Positions 20,841 to 33,048 of a stretch of 64,000 bases of DNA are shown here, one piece after another. The stretch comes from an uncultured Methanomicrobiaceae archaeon (GTDB lineage: Archaea > Halobacteriota > Methanomicrobia > Methanomicrobiales > Methanoculleaceae): positions 1,664,001 through 1,728,000 of the forward strand of contig CAWGXH010000004.1 of NCBI GenBank assembly GCA_963826525.1. Direction: 5' to 3'. How positions within the stretch are numbered: the stretch's first letter is position 1; every line of letters starts with the position of its first letter. Both the position numbers and the translations under genes were made by a program. A model generated the notes under the pieces. It saw only the letters and a list, made by a program, of their open reading frames with translations. It searched no databases and had not been told where the DNA came from.

Positions 20841-21749
20841 GTAACGCCACCTCCCTGACGGCATATGCCGGGAGGGCATCCACGAGATCGCCAAGGTCTC
20901 GGCGCAGCGTGGTGCCGTGGAGTTCTTCGGCAAAGATCTCCGCCCCTATCCCGGCTGTTATGATCCTGTCCGCACCGCTTGTATACAGCGCTCTTCCGAC
21001 AGCCCGGGCGATCAGTCCCTTCTGGATATCCCAGAACTGCCGCGCTATTGCAATCGCCCCCGCTTCTCCGATCTCCTCGAGATCAGCGCAGACGACCCGG
21101 GCGAGGCGTCGTAGTCGCGCCGGCATAGGTCTTCTCCCCGTTATCCGGCGCCGGGCAGATGTAGTCCTCGGCAGAGATGGTGCCGAGGACGAGGTGCGCA
21201 TCCGCGCTGGTTGCGAAGTACTCGGTGCTCACCGGTGTCTCCACGCCGTCGAGGGTCGCCGTTCTGAGGAGTGTTGCGATATTCGTTCGCAGCATCCCGG
21301 TGTACACGAGGGTACTGCCGCTGGAGCCGTAGGGTGTCGGTAAGGCCTTTCAGCGTGTCAAAACATCCGAGAGGGATGATATCCGCCGTCGTGCTTCCCA
21401 CATCGAGCAGTACTGCATCCGCATACTCCTGCCGGAGATAGTCTGCAGATGCAAGCCAGTTTGCAGCGGCGAGTTCCGGCACCGGCTGCGTATGGAAGGC
21501 TCCGTCCATGCCGTAAAATCGTGCCTCGGGGAGAGCGCTCCGGACAGCCTTCACGATCCAGTCAATCCCCTGCATCTTATTCGTGAAACTGTCGGCGAGC
21601 TCTCCGCTCATCACCACTGCCGCCCTGCCGGTATAGCCTTCAAGCATCTCAGTGAGCGGAGCCTCCTGCCAGAGAGGGCAGTAGCGGATATGCACGCCTG
21701 CATCGTCCACGACTTTGAGGTTTGCTCCACCGACATCAATGCCGATCAT
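20824..21749 (-). CDS. mfnF: Hydantoinase/oxoprolinase-family C1-pathway protein, MfnF-like (two frameshifts, near 21310 and 21115)
   Basis: MIGIDVGGANLK, VMSGELAD, AAANW, LDVGSTTADIIP, YTGMLRT, STEYFA and RLARVVCAD spread over three ORFs. Confidence 0.78.
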
Positions 21750-22636
21750 GCGTGTCGCACGCTCCCGTCCTTATCGAAGTACACATGCCCGGAGAGGTGC
21801 ACGGCATCGGGCCCTTCGCCGTGGGACGCCGCGACGAGTATCTCGGCAATCTCCTCCTCCATGATGGCTGCAATGCCGACCAGACTTGTCGTCGGGCGGG
21901 GGTTGACGTCGACGACGTAGATCTGGTCGGCTACGACGAGGTCGATCCCGGCATACCCCTGGCAGCCGAGGACGTTCATTGCCTTTGTGGCGGTCTCGAC
22001 GATCGCATCCTCGCGCTGTGGGTGGATGGGGGTTTCGCCGCCGAGGTAGCGGAGCGTACCGTCCTCGTCGATCGCGATCTCCTGGCGATTCACCGCCAGC
22101 AGGAGCGGGGGTTTGCCGGTATGGTATTCGCAGACGTTCCCGGTCACCCGGCTTCCTACGAGACTCACGCTGATATGGTCGCCCTCGATGTACCGCTGGC
22201 CGATCTCCCCCTCTCCGGGCTCTCCGTCGGATATCCGTATACCCATCGATCCGCACCCGGTAACGGGCTTGATAAGCTTTCTGCCGCCCTGTATCTCCTC
22301 GGGGACTGCTATCCCGTGTTTTGCAAGGATTCCGGCAGTGCGGCGTTTGTTAGCGCAGACCGCAGCGTTCATGCTTCCGCACCCGATGTTATGGGTGAAC
22401 TGCTCGAGCAGATAGGTGAATCGGAAGAGGAGATGATCGGGTGCGATGACCAGCCCGAGATCGCACTCAGGGGCAAGCCTCCTGATCTCACCCTCAAAAT
22501 CGGTACCTTCGGGGGATACGACCTCGTATCCGGACGCTTCGAAACTCTCCCTGAGGACGGAGAGCATGGCGGCTCCCTCCCGGGCAAGCATCGGCTCATT
22601 GCATACGGTGTATTCAGCGAGGAATGCCTTCATCAT
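21746..22636 (-). CDS. mfnD: ATP-grasp enzyme, tyramine-glutamate ligase (MfnD)-like
   Basis: EGAAML, IAPD, KPVTGCGS, GYAGIDLV and VDVNPRPTTS motifs; overlaps the mfnF-like start. Confidence 0.75.
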   Translation of the reverse strand: MMKAFLAEYTVCNEPMLAREGAAMLSVLRESFEASGYEVVSPEGTDFEGEIRRLAPECDLGLVIAPDHLLFRFTYLLEQFTHNIGCGSMNAAVCANKRRTAGILAKHGIAVPEEIQGGRKLIKPVTGCGSMGIRISDGEPGEGEIGQRYIEGDHISVSLVGSRVTGNVCEYHTGKPPLLLAVNRQEIAIDEDGTLRYLGGETPIHPQREDAIVETATKAMNVLGCQGYAGIDLVVADQIYVVDVNPRPTTSLVGIAAIMEEEIAEILVAASHGEGPDAVHLSGHVYFDKDGSVRHA

Positions 22637-22714
22637 ATATACGTTGACGGGGGAGGACTTCACCCTGACGATAGGTCAAGTATTTGGCTCCTGGAGCCAG
22701 ATATACAGGCGAAG

Positions 22715-23494
22715 ATGAAACCCAAAGTACTGCTCACCAACGATGACGGGGTTACGTCAGCCGGAATATGGGCTGCATACGAAGCCCTTTCCCCCATTGC
22801 GGATGTTACGGTCGTTGCACCTGCGACACAGCAGAGTGCGGTCGGAAGATCCATCTCAATCTTCGAGCCGATCCGCACCTACGAGATCACCATGAACGGG
22901 GTGGCGGCCTATTCGGTTGGTGGGAAACCGACCGACGCGGTGATCATCGGCCTGTATTCTCTGAATCTTGCTCCCGATCTCGTGGTCAGCGGTGTCAACA
23001 TCGGTGAGAACCTCTCGTACGAGTCCATTATGACGTCGGGCACGGTTGGAGCTGCTCTTGAGGCTTCCAACCAGGGTGTGCCGTCCATTGCCTTCTCACT
23101 GCAGGTGGAGGATCAGGGCGATAAATTCGACGATCCTTCGCGTGCAACCGATCGGTTTGAGGAGACCAAACGCATTGTCCGCGATGTCTGTGAGCGGGTT
23201 CTGCGGCATGGATTTCCGGAGCACGCAGATGTCATCAATGTCAACATCCCCTCCCTGGTTCGTGGCGGATATGAGGTGACCCGGCTTGCCGAGAAACTCT
23301 TCCATACCGGGGTTGAGAAGAGACTCGATCCGCGCGGCCGGCCGTACTACTGGATAGACGGCCCGCTGTATGAAGATGCTGAAGAAGGCACCGATGTGCA
23401 TGCGGTCAGGATGGGCAATGTCTCGATTACACCGCTCACCCTCGACTGCACGGCGCTGCGCGCCTCCGGCCGGCTTGCCGATATCTTCCGGTGA
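22715..23494 (+). CDS. surE: 5'/3'-nucleotidase SurE
   Basis: LLTNDDG, QQSAVG, SGVNIGEN and SGTVGAA motifs; ATG at 22715 (the tracked ORF is over-extended). Confidence 0.95.
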   Translation: MKPKVLLTNDDGVTSAGIWAAYEALSPIADVTVVAPATQQSAVGRSISIFEPIRTYEITMNGVAAYSVGGKPTDAVIIGLYSLNLAPDLVVSGVNIGENLSYESIMTSGTVGAALEASNQGVPSIAFSLQVEDQGDKFDDPSRATDRFEETKRIVRDVCERVLRHGFPEHADVINVNIPSLVRGGYEVTRLAEKLFHTGVEKRLDPRGRPYYWIDGPLYEDAEEGTDVHAVRMGNVSITPLTLDCTALRASGRLADIFR

Positions 23495-23572
23495 CCACTC
23501 TTTTTTTGCCATCGCCCGGTTCCCGAAACCGATGATGGGCATTGATATGAAGGGAGATGCCACAGGTCCTGT

Positions 23573-24268
23573 ATGGATGGATCGCTCCTTGCTGAATCGA
23601 AACGAATTGCTGGATATCGGGCTGCCGATCTCGTCGAAGACGGCACGGTCGTCGGGCTCGGCACCGGTTCGACGGTGTTTTTTGCGATGGAGCGCCTGAG
23701 TGAACGGATCGCGGACGGGCTTACCATCGCCGGTGTGCCGACGTCGTATCAGGCGGCGATTCGAGCCCGGGAATACGGTATACCGCTCACCACGCTCGAC
23801 GAGCACCCGCAGATCGCCCTCGCTATCGATGGTGCCGATCAGGTAGACCCGCAACTCTTCCTGATCAAGGGGCGTGGGGCGGCGCACCTTCGTGAAAAGT
23901 GCGTGGCGGATGCGGCGGCAGCGGTTGCCATCGTCGTCGACTCGACAAAGATGGTCGATACCTTAAGTGCGTTCGTGCCGATCGAGGTGCTGCCGTTCGC
24001 TGGCGGGCTCGTCATGCGGCGCCTTACCGAGATGGGTGGAGTGCCTGTTCTTCGCGAGGGGATTAAAAAAGACGGGCCGATCGTCACCGACAACGGGAAT
24101 TTTGTGGTTGATTGTAATTTTGGAGCAATTTCCGATCCCGCATCGCTGGAGCGGCAGATCTCTGCCGTTTCCGGTGTTCTCGATTGCGGACTTTTTACCA
24201 CCTTTGCAGAAAAGACATGTGTGGTGGTGGGTGAAGGACGGGAATGCCGTATCGTATCACTGCATTGA
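23573..24268 (+). CDS. rpiA: Ribose-5-phosphate isomerase A
   Basis: GLGTGST, DGADQVD, KGRGAAHLREK and TDNGN motifs. Confidence 0.95.
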   Translation: MDGSLLAESKRIAGYRAADLVEDGTVVGLGTGSTVFFAMERLSERIADGLTIAGVPTSYQAAIRAREYGIPLTTLDEHPQIALAIDGADQVDPQLFLIKGRGAAHLREKCVADAAAAVAIVVDSTKMVDTLSAFVPIEVLPFAGGLVMRRLTEMGGVPVLREGIKKDGPIVTDNGNFVVDCNFGAISDPASLERQISAVSGVLDCGLFTTFAEKTCVVVGEGRECRIVSLH

Positions 24269-24637
24269 TATGGTCTCGCGCATCTTCTGGATAAGGTCGA
24301 GCTGGTGTCGGGCTTCTTTCTTCTTTTCTTTCTCGATTGTATCCATTATGTCGGTTATCGGGAGGGACAGCGTGTATATCTTGACCGGTCTTCCTTTGCT
24401 CTCGGATTTGCTCTCCCGAGTCTCGATCCAATTAACCTCCTTGAGGTAGCGCATCGCAATACTGACCTCCGGCTGGCGAAGATCCGTGCCCCGCTCGATG
24501 TCCCGGGAGGTAGCTTCGTCTATACTTGCCAGGTATACGAGAACCTTGGAGACATTGCGTTTGATCCCGATACCCATGAGCAGTTCGGCAAGCTCTTCCT
24601 CTTTCGGAGTGAAATATCGTACTTTGTCTGACCTCAT
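24257..24637 (-). CDS. Winged-HTH transcriptional regulator (ArsR/TrmB-like)
   Basis: ATSRDIERGTDLRQPEVSIAMRYL helix-turn-helix and KGRPVKIY wing. Confidence 0.8.
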   Translation of the reverse strand: MRSDKVRYFTPKEEELAELLMGIGIKRNVSKVLVYLASIDEATSRDIERGTDLRQPEVSIAMRYLKEVNWIETRESKSESKGRPVKIYTLSLPITDIMDTIEKEKKKEARHQLDLIQKMRETISMQ

Positions 24638-24878
24638 CCGTTCACCAATACTCTTCCATCTATTGTTTTAAATCTGACTATAAAAATATTATTATTCCTA
24701 TACGAGATTTTTCAATATTGGTGTTTTATCGGTGTGTGATAGGAAAACAGGTTTTTCGGGTCGGTTATTTTAAGAGACCGCCATACATGCTGCATCCAAT
24801 CGACGGCCGAGGCTGCCCTAGGAATACCGGGAGGAAAAAAATGTGATGAATGGGAAAGAATCTGCCGAAAATGCCCGG

Positions 24879-25444
24879 TTATATGAGACCGAGGTTAGAG
24901 AGCTCCGAGAGGATCCGCTGGACTGCCCGCTTTGCGTCTTCTGGTTGTTTTCCCCCGGTGATGATCGCAGCTTTCCCGAGCCGAAGAGGAGTACGACCAC
25001 CTTCGGATCGTCGAGGCGGTAGACGAGACCCGGAAACTGCTCGGGCTCGTATTCGATCTTATCGAGGTTAAAGCCTACTGCAATCTTATTGAGGTTGATC
25101 GGGGTGCCGAGATCTGCCGAGGTCACAATATTCTGGATCTTGTAAGTGAGTTCTTCGGAGATATCGATGTTCAGCGCCCTGAGCTGGTCGCCGAGAATCT
25201 GGAGGCCTTTGGTGAGGCTGTCGATGCTCTTCGCACCGGTGAGCACAACTTTTCCGGATCCGAAGACCAGTGCCGCGATCTTTGGATCCTGCATCCGCAG
25301 GACGACACCGGGGAAACGTTTCTTATTGTATTCGGCGTCCTTGAGCTGAGATGCAAGGGAGGGCAGATCAAGGAAATCCGTCACTTTGGCGGAAGCAACG
25401 ATATTTTCTATCTTGAGAGACTCTTCCGGTCTGCGTTCATTCAT
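24879..25444 (-). CDS. tbp: TATA-box-binding protein (frameshift near 24967)
   Basis: IENIVAS, FPGVVLR...FGSGK and a second repeat YEPEQFPGLVYR...FGSGKL; corrected C-terminus IITGGKQPEDAKRAV...LGLI*. Confidence 0.93.
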
Positions 25445-25478
25445 ATTTATAAAATGCTTAAAACAGTATATAAAGGGT
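25445..25478 (-). promoter_or_regulatory. tbp promoter (probably leaderless)
   Basis: Minus strand reads TTTATATA about 23 nt before the ATG, plus TTTATAAAT abutting the ATG. Confidence 0.55.
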
Positions 25479-25485
25479 TGGGTGT

Positions 25486-27385
<1,900 letters not shown>

Positions 27386-27651
27386 CGTATCCCCTATTCT
27401 ACATTATTAATAATGACGATTGTATATCAACATTCTGGTGATGTGGCACGGTCTTTTCGTGTTTCTGCTCAAGTATATGCTGATGCCTATTATCTATCGA
27501 TTCGCGATCTGCCCGAGTATCGAGAGGCATCGTGAGAGAGAACAGTGCCCGGCGGTCGCTTCAGGCGTGGCATTTGCGGTATGGCGGCCTGGGGCAGGGC
27601 GAAAAGGATAGGGGAGGCCGTATAGCCGGTCTATTAGCAGGATTTCCGTTA

Positions 27652-27966
27652 TCAGTCGTATTCCCGCCAGGTTTTACTGCAAGCGGTGCACCGGAAGAAC
27701 CGGACCTCGCTCTCATCGGCGGAGCGCAACTGTCGCAGCCACCAGATAGCAGTCATATTGCCACAATCCGGACATTGCACTGTGGTGGTCGGCATTGTTG
27801 AGACCTGGTCCTGATCGTCGACGATGGTGATCTCCTTCTCAAGCCTTTTGTCCGTCTTCTTGAGCTTATGCTCAGCGGTGATTTCTCGGATGCAGCCACA
27901 CTTTCTGCACTTCATCTGCCCCCCCGATGAGATCATCAGACCCTTGCACTGTGGACAAAACATCAT
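27652..27966 (-). CDS. tfs: Transcription factor S / RpoM family
   Basis: Two Zn ribbons and the QLRSADE acidic hairpin. Confidence 0.93.
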   Translation of the reverse strand: MMFCPQCKGLMISSGGQMKCRKCGCIREITAEHKLKKTDKRLEKEITIVDDQDQVSTMPTTTVQCPDCGNMTAIWWLRQLRSADESEVRFFRCTACSKTWREYD

Positions 27967-28088
27967 TCATACAGATGCGTGAGCAGCCCTGATTAACCCT
28001 TGGATAGGATGATGTTCAGGCGGTTGAATGGCCGATCGAGTGAGAATCCCGCAATCCTTTATCTCCTCCCATGGAGAAAAGTACGGCA

Positions 28089-28916
28089 ATGATTGAGTAT
28101 CTGGTGCTGATCTCCTGCATCGCGTTTCTAGCCTTCCTCATCCCCAATACCATCTTCCGCAAGTATTTTGCCATCGTCGGGTGGGTGAGCATCGCAGGGT
28201 ATCTCTTCTCCGAGCTGCCATACTACTTCTCCATCAATAACTTCATGTACCCCACAATTGCTCTTCTCTCCATACCATTTCTGTATGTTACGATACGCTC
28301 CCTCCTGCGGGAAGACCCCCAGGTGCTGCAACTCTCCATGGCCGCTGCGGTTGCCTTTCTGATCTATGCCCCCTTCGCGTTCATCACACCGCTCGGTGAC
28401 TGGCTCATCGGCGCTGTTGTGGCGCAGACGTCATGGGTGCTCGGTCTTGCCGGCTACCCTGCCTCGCACGTCACCTGGAACATTCTCACTCGGAATGGTT
28501 TTCAGACCGAGATCATCCTTGCCTGCACCGGCATCCAGAGCATTGCCATTATGCTCGGCGTCGCCGGCGCTGTGAAGACCACCCTGTGGCAGAAGGCACT
28601 TGCATTCCTTCTTGTATTTCCGACGATTTACATTCTGAATATCTTCCGGAACGCCTTTGTGATCTCGGCCTACTCCGGACAGTGGTTCCCCTATCTCCCG
28701 GAGATCGCAGGCAACGGCGAGTTCGGATATGAGAGTTTCTTCTGGGCGCACAATGTTATGTGCGAACTCGGTGCACTCCTGCTGCTCGTCGCCATCGCGT
28801 ATGGCCTGTTCATCATCATCCCGGGGCTTGGAGTATTTGCCGACGATCTCTTCAAACTCTACCGGGGAGAACTTGCCGGTCTGGTGCAGCGGGTGAAGGA
28901 TGCATCCGCTCGATGA
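28089..28916 (+). CDS. artA: Archaeosortase A
   Basis: Polytopic membrane protein with ILACTGIQSIAI (catalytic Cys), LNIFRN and SFFWAHN. Confidence 0.88.
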   Translation: MIEYLVLISCIAFLAFLIPNTIFRKYFAIVGWVSIAGYLFSELPYYFSINNFMYPTIALLSIPFLYVTIRSLLREDPQVLQLSMAAAVAFLIYAPFAFITPLGDWLIGAVVAQTSWVLGLAGYPASHVTWNILTRNGFQTEIILACTGIQSIAIMLGVAGAVKTTLWQKALAFLLVFPTIYILNIFRNAFVISAYSGQWFPYLPEIAGNGEFGYESFFWAHNVMCELGALLLLVAIAYGLFIIIPGLGVFADDLFKLYRGELAGLVQRVKDASAR

Positions 28917-28944
28917 CCCTGCCTGCAGGAAGCGGCGTCTTGGA

Positions 28945-29425
28945 GTGGGAATCGCTTCTCTGACCATCCGCCCCTATATGCCCTCCGATCTCGATTCAAT
29001 TCTGCTTCTTTTCTTCGATACTGTTCATATCATCAATGCCCGGGATTATACGAAAGATCAGGTCGATCGGTGGGCACCGGAGCGGTGTGACCGGGAGCGG
29101 TGGGAGTCTTTCCTCGCAGGGAACGACGCTTACGTCGCCGTGATCGAGGGTACAGATTGTCGGGTTTTGCGACTGTACCGCCGACGGTTACCTTCACATG
29201 CTGTATACGCATGCGGGATACCAGGGATGCGGAATCGGATCCCGCCTCCTCTCGGTGCTTGAAGAGAGTGCACGTGCTTCCGGATGCCGTTTCATCCGTA
29301 CAGATGTGAGCATTACGGCACGGCCTTTCTTTGCCCGCCGTGGATACGAATGCCTCGGGGAAGAGCAGGTACTGCTGTGCGGCACGGCGTTTCTCCGGTA
29401 CCGGATGAAAAAAGATATCTCGTGA
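28945..29425 (+). CDS. GNAT acetyltransferase, YafP-like (frameshift near 29155)
   Basis: TVHIINARDYTKDQVDRWAP then LYTHAGYQGCGIG...SITARPFF in the next frame; GTG start inferred. Confidence 0.75.
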
Positions 29426-29436
29426 GGGTTAACCGC

Positions 29437-30069
29437 TCACGCGTACCTGCGGTACAGGTATACGATCCGCTGGATGGCGGAGAGATTGGTGCATACCGCG
29501 ATGACCAGGATGGCCACCCAGATGTATCCCGTGACCCCGCCGAGCACCAGAAAGAGCACGGTCTCGGGTCTTCCGAAGAACCCGATCCCCTCGAGGGGAT
29601 CCTCAATCTTTCCTGCAATCCGCTCGCTGTAGCCGATCTCCGCATAGACGACCGGTTTGATGAAGGTGTTTATCATGGAGCCGAAGAGCGCGAGAGCCAC
29701 CACTCCGAAGTCTGCAAGCGGAGGGACTGCAATCAGGTGGCTGATTATGGGCACCTGCGAGAACCCCACGCCGAGAATTACGGCGGCATCGACGTATTTG
29801 TCGGCTATCCAGTCGAATACGGCACCAAAATCGCTCTCTGAGTGGTTCTTGCGGGCGACATTGCCGTCCACCAGATCGAGCACTGCGGAGATGAAGAGTA
29901 GCAGGCTTCCTGCGAGGAAGTAACCCCCTGCAAAGGCGAGAGCGCAGAGCAGCCCAAAGAGAAGGGAGAGGAGCGAAACCTGGTTCGGCGTGACGCCCAG
30001 TCTGATGAAAAGAGCTGCGAGCGGCTCAGTATACTTGACGAACTGAGGCCGCAGTGAAGTTATATTCAT
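29437..30069 (-). CDS. CDP-alcohol phosphatidyltransferase (archaeal phospholipid synthase)
   Basis: TPNQVS and DLVDGNVAR...GAVFDWIADKYVD signature. Confidence 0.9.
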   Translation of the reverse strand: MNITSLRPQFVKYTEPLAALFIRLGVTPNQVSLLSLLFGLLCALAFAGGYFLAGSLLLFISAVLDLVDGNVARKNHSESDFGAVFDWIADKYVDAAVILGVGFSQVPIISHLIAVPPLADFGVVALALFGSMINTFIKPVVYAEIGYSERIAGKIEDPLEGIGFFGRPETVLFLVLGGVTGYIWVAILVIAVCTNLSAIQRIVYLYRRYA

Positions 30070-30261
30070 ATCTCATAGATCATCGGTAGGGAAAGAGTTT
30101 AACTTTTGCTCTGTCCTTAAAAGCCGGAAATGTCTGAAAATGTCGATACTGCTATAACTACGGGTGCAATTCTCCCGGAGAAGTCCGGACAAGGGCTCCG
30201 GCCGCACTTTCACCAGCTATTTTAATGCGCTCACCTCCACATATACAGTGAAGGATTTTCC

Positions 30262-30960
30262 ATGCCAGAAAGCAGCAGGCCCCATGTGCTCATGATGTCG
30301 GAGATTACCGTTGACGGTAAACTCACCTTGAAGAAAGGCGCTTCAAGCAAGATCCTCATGAAATACATGGCCCATGAGACTGAAATTCTGCTCCACAAGA
30401 CGCGTGCGGAGTATGACGCTATCATGGTCGGGCCAAATACTATCAGCATCGACAACTCTTTTCTTACCGTTCGGCTCGTCGAGGGAAAAAGCCCGCTTCG
30501 TGTCATCCCGAGCAGCAGGGGCAGCATCCCGCTCGATGCCAACGTCCTCAAAGGGGATGCACCGACAGTCATCGCCGTGGGTAGAGAGGCTCCGGAAGAA
30601 CGCATTGCCGCTCTGAAAGAGAAGGGGGTGGACGTCGTCGTCGCGGGAGCAGATACGGTCGACCTGACATTGCTCATGCAGATCTTACGACAGCAGTACG
30701 GTATCCGCCGCTTGATGGTCGAGGGCGGCCCGACACTGAACTGGGCAATGCTCCGGCACCGCCTGGTCGACGAGATCCGCCTTATCCACCTGCCGTTTAT
30801 CGTAGGCGGAGCCGATACGCCTTCGCTCGTCGGCGGCATGCATATCGAGTCGGAAGAGGAGATGATCCGGCTCTCTCTCAAGCAGCACTATATGTGCGGG
30901 ACGAACATGGTCACCGAGTGGGACGTCCTCTATGGGGAGACTCCGACCCGGACGGTCTGA
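30262..30960 (+). CDS. RibD-reductase/DHFR-fold protein (pyrimidine reductase of flavin synthesis)
   Basis: TVDGKL, DAIMVGPNTISIDN, LMVEGGPTL and VDEIRL motifs. Confidence 0.82.
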   Translation: MPESSRPHVLMMSEITVDGKLTLKKGASSKILMKYMAHETEILLHKTRAEYDAIMVGPNTISIDNSFLTVRLVEGKSPLRVIPSSRGSIPLDANVLKGDAPTVIAVGREAPEERIAALKEKGVDVVVAGADTVDLTLLMQILRQQYGIRRLMVEGGPTLNWAMLRHRLVDEIRLIHLPFIVGGADTPSLVGGMHIESEEEMIRLSLKQHYMCGTNMVTEWDVLYGETPTRTV

Positions 30961-32230
30961 TCAGATCATCCGGTACGGGTCGGCCTTCATGTACTCCCGG
31001 CAGACCGTTGTAGCGTAGTGCCCGGGCGGCAGCGTGAACCGCAGAAGGGCGGTAGTATCCTGCACCTCGGCGACGACGTCTGCGGAGAGTGCGATAGGAC
31101 GAAGAGCGCCTGCGTAGCGTGTCCGGACGAACCTCGCAGCAGACTCGAAACGGGTGGCATCGATCCCCCACTCCTCCAGTATCTCCTGCATCATCTCGTC
31201 CATCCGTCCGTGCAGCGCCGTCGGTTCCGAACCAGGGATGAAGAGGGCTATCCGGCAGCGGCCTCGTTTGATGTGTTGCGCCGCGGTGCTGCGGTTCCGT
31301 TCCGTCACGATGTCTTCCCGTCGGTTCGGAAAGATCAGACGGTCTCCTGGAATCGGTTCGTAGAGCGTGAAGCCTTCGTCGAATCTTTTCGAGAGAACGC
31401 TGTTGAAGAGGAACGACTGGAACGCACTTACCAGCATCGAGAGCAGCTTTGGGGGGAGCACCTGCAGCGCCCCCTGATAGTCTCCTGGATGTACGGCGAG
31501 GTGATGGAGCATGGCGCGTTCATAGGTCATCTGGACGGGGTAGGTGGCAAGCGCCTCGCGCACGTCACGGGTTTCGGCAAACTTGCTGCGCGCCTGGCGT
31601 GCATTCTCCGATTCATACGGGTATGCGTTCCCGACGTACGTCATCACCGCACCCTCATAATCCTCCTGCAGGATCTGCTCCCCGACGAGATGAGTTACCG
31701 GACGGGTGACGCCGAACCGCTGAAGGCCGAAGTAGTTCGGGATTCCCTCTGCCACGGTCGATGAGACCTCCTTCACTCTCTCCTCAAGATTGTCCGGTTC
31801 GCACTCCCTGATGACGAGCTCGAAGCGGTTTCCTTCCAGTGCTCCGAGTGCCAGAGGCTCTTTTGCGCGCCCGACGACCGCAAGTTCGATCTCGGAGAGG
31901 CGTACCTGCTTCAATTGCTTCGGGAGTAACGTCGTAGATGGAGATGATCTGGCTCGTCACAGCGTTCTTGTCTTTTGTCCCCGCCCAGCTGATGCGGCGG
32001 TGGCTGACTCCGAGGCGCTTTGCTATCTCCTTGACCGCACGCTGCAGTTCCCAGTTCCTTTTGGTCAGCCGAACAAGGAGATGCGATCCCTCGTCGCCGT
32101 AGGGGAGCGGAATCTCCTCGACGATAAAATCTTCAGGTTCTGTCCGGAGCCGTCCGCCGATGCCCGGCGTATCGCTGCTGTAGTAGCGCATGCCGAGCTC
32201 GAGTTCCAGGGGAAATGGTGACTGCATCAT
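30961..32230 (-). CDS. truD: tRNA pseudouridine-13 synthase (frameshift near 31912)
   Basis: PEDFIVEE, AGTKDKNAVT, GNRF, PNYFGLQRFG and FTLPPGHYAT motifs. Confidence 0.92.
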
Positions 32231-32589
32231 AGGAGAGAGAGATCGCCGGTGATCCGATCAAGCGCTTCACTTCTGGCAGGTCCGAGGCCGAGTGCGGTCA
32301 CGGTGCCGGGAGGGATCTCGGTAAGGCCGGCGTCCTGAATGATCGAAGCTGCTATTCCTGCCTGTTCGGCTATTGTTTTGATCTCGAAGAGTTGCCGCTC
32401 GGAATTCGCCTTGAGTACCACCTTCTTTTGCCCTTCGTCAAGCCAGTTCTTCCTCGCAATTTTATCGGCCTTCTCATAGGCTCCGACGGCTGCGTGGGCT
32501 ATCTGGGCGCATTTCTTCCCGCAACTCATTTTGACGTCGCTACGCACAATCAGGCATTGTTTCCACTTAAAATCGGGTATATCCGGCAT
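32227..32589 (-). CDS. pth2: Peptidyl-tRNA hydrolase, Pth2 family
   Basis: MSCGKKCAQIAHA, GQKKVVLK and DAGLTEIPPGTVT motifs. Confidence 0.93.
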   Translation of the reverse strand: MPDIPDFKWKQCLIVRSDVKMSCGKKCAQIAHAAVGAYEKADKIARKNWLDEGQKKVVLKANSERQLFEIKTIAEQAGIAASIIQDAGLTEIPPGTVTALGLGPARSEALDRITGDLSLL

Positions 32590-33048
32590 CTCGTATGTAT
32601 CTGTTGAGGTTATCTATCAAATATGCTCCTGTCGGGAAAGTGAAAGCCGGTCGCGGTACGTGGGAACTGGCTCCCTCTCTCCCAGGGTAGGCAAGAAGCA
32701 GCGCAGTGGGATTCTCGTTCTGCGGCGAGCACATTAGATGGCTCTATTCTTAGAGCTGTCGACAGTGTCTACCCATATGGCATACCAGCTTTCCGGATAT
32801 TCCGACATCTCGTGTCCATGCACTGCAGTTGGGGTGGCGGAGATTGCAGCATCGCTGATGGCTATCATGGTTCTGCTGACGGTTTTCTTCATCGTCCTGC
32901 CGGTGCGGGAGTACAACTGAAGGTGCTCTCCAAACTCCCCCTCACCGCTGTTCCGCATCCGGCATAACCGTCAGTTTATGCCTGTTCAGATCCATTAGTA
33001 TCATACGTTCGTCACGTCACGCCCCATGTCGAATGTGAATAGGGTGAG

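Noticed and set aside
21722-22714. N-terminal extension of SurE (590 aa ORF)
   Set aside because: The extension is antisense to the mfnD-like gene; SurE homology starts at ATG 22715.
32734-32958. Small opposing ORFs between pth2 and the geranylgeranyl reductase gene
   Set aside because: 60-74 aa, no motif or clear SD; I cannot support either as a gene.
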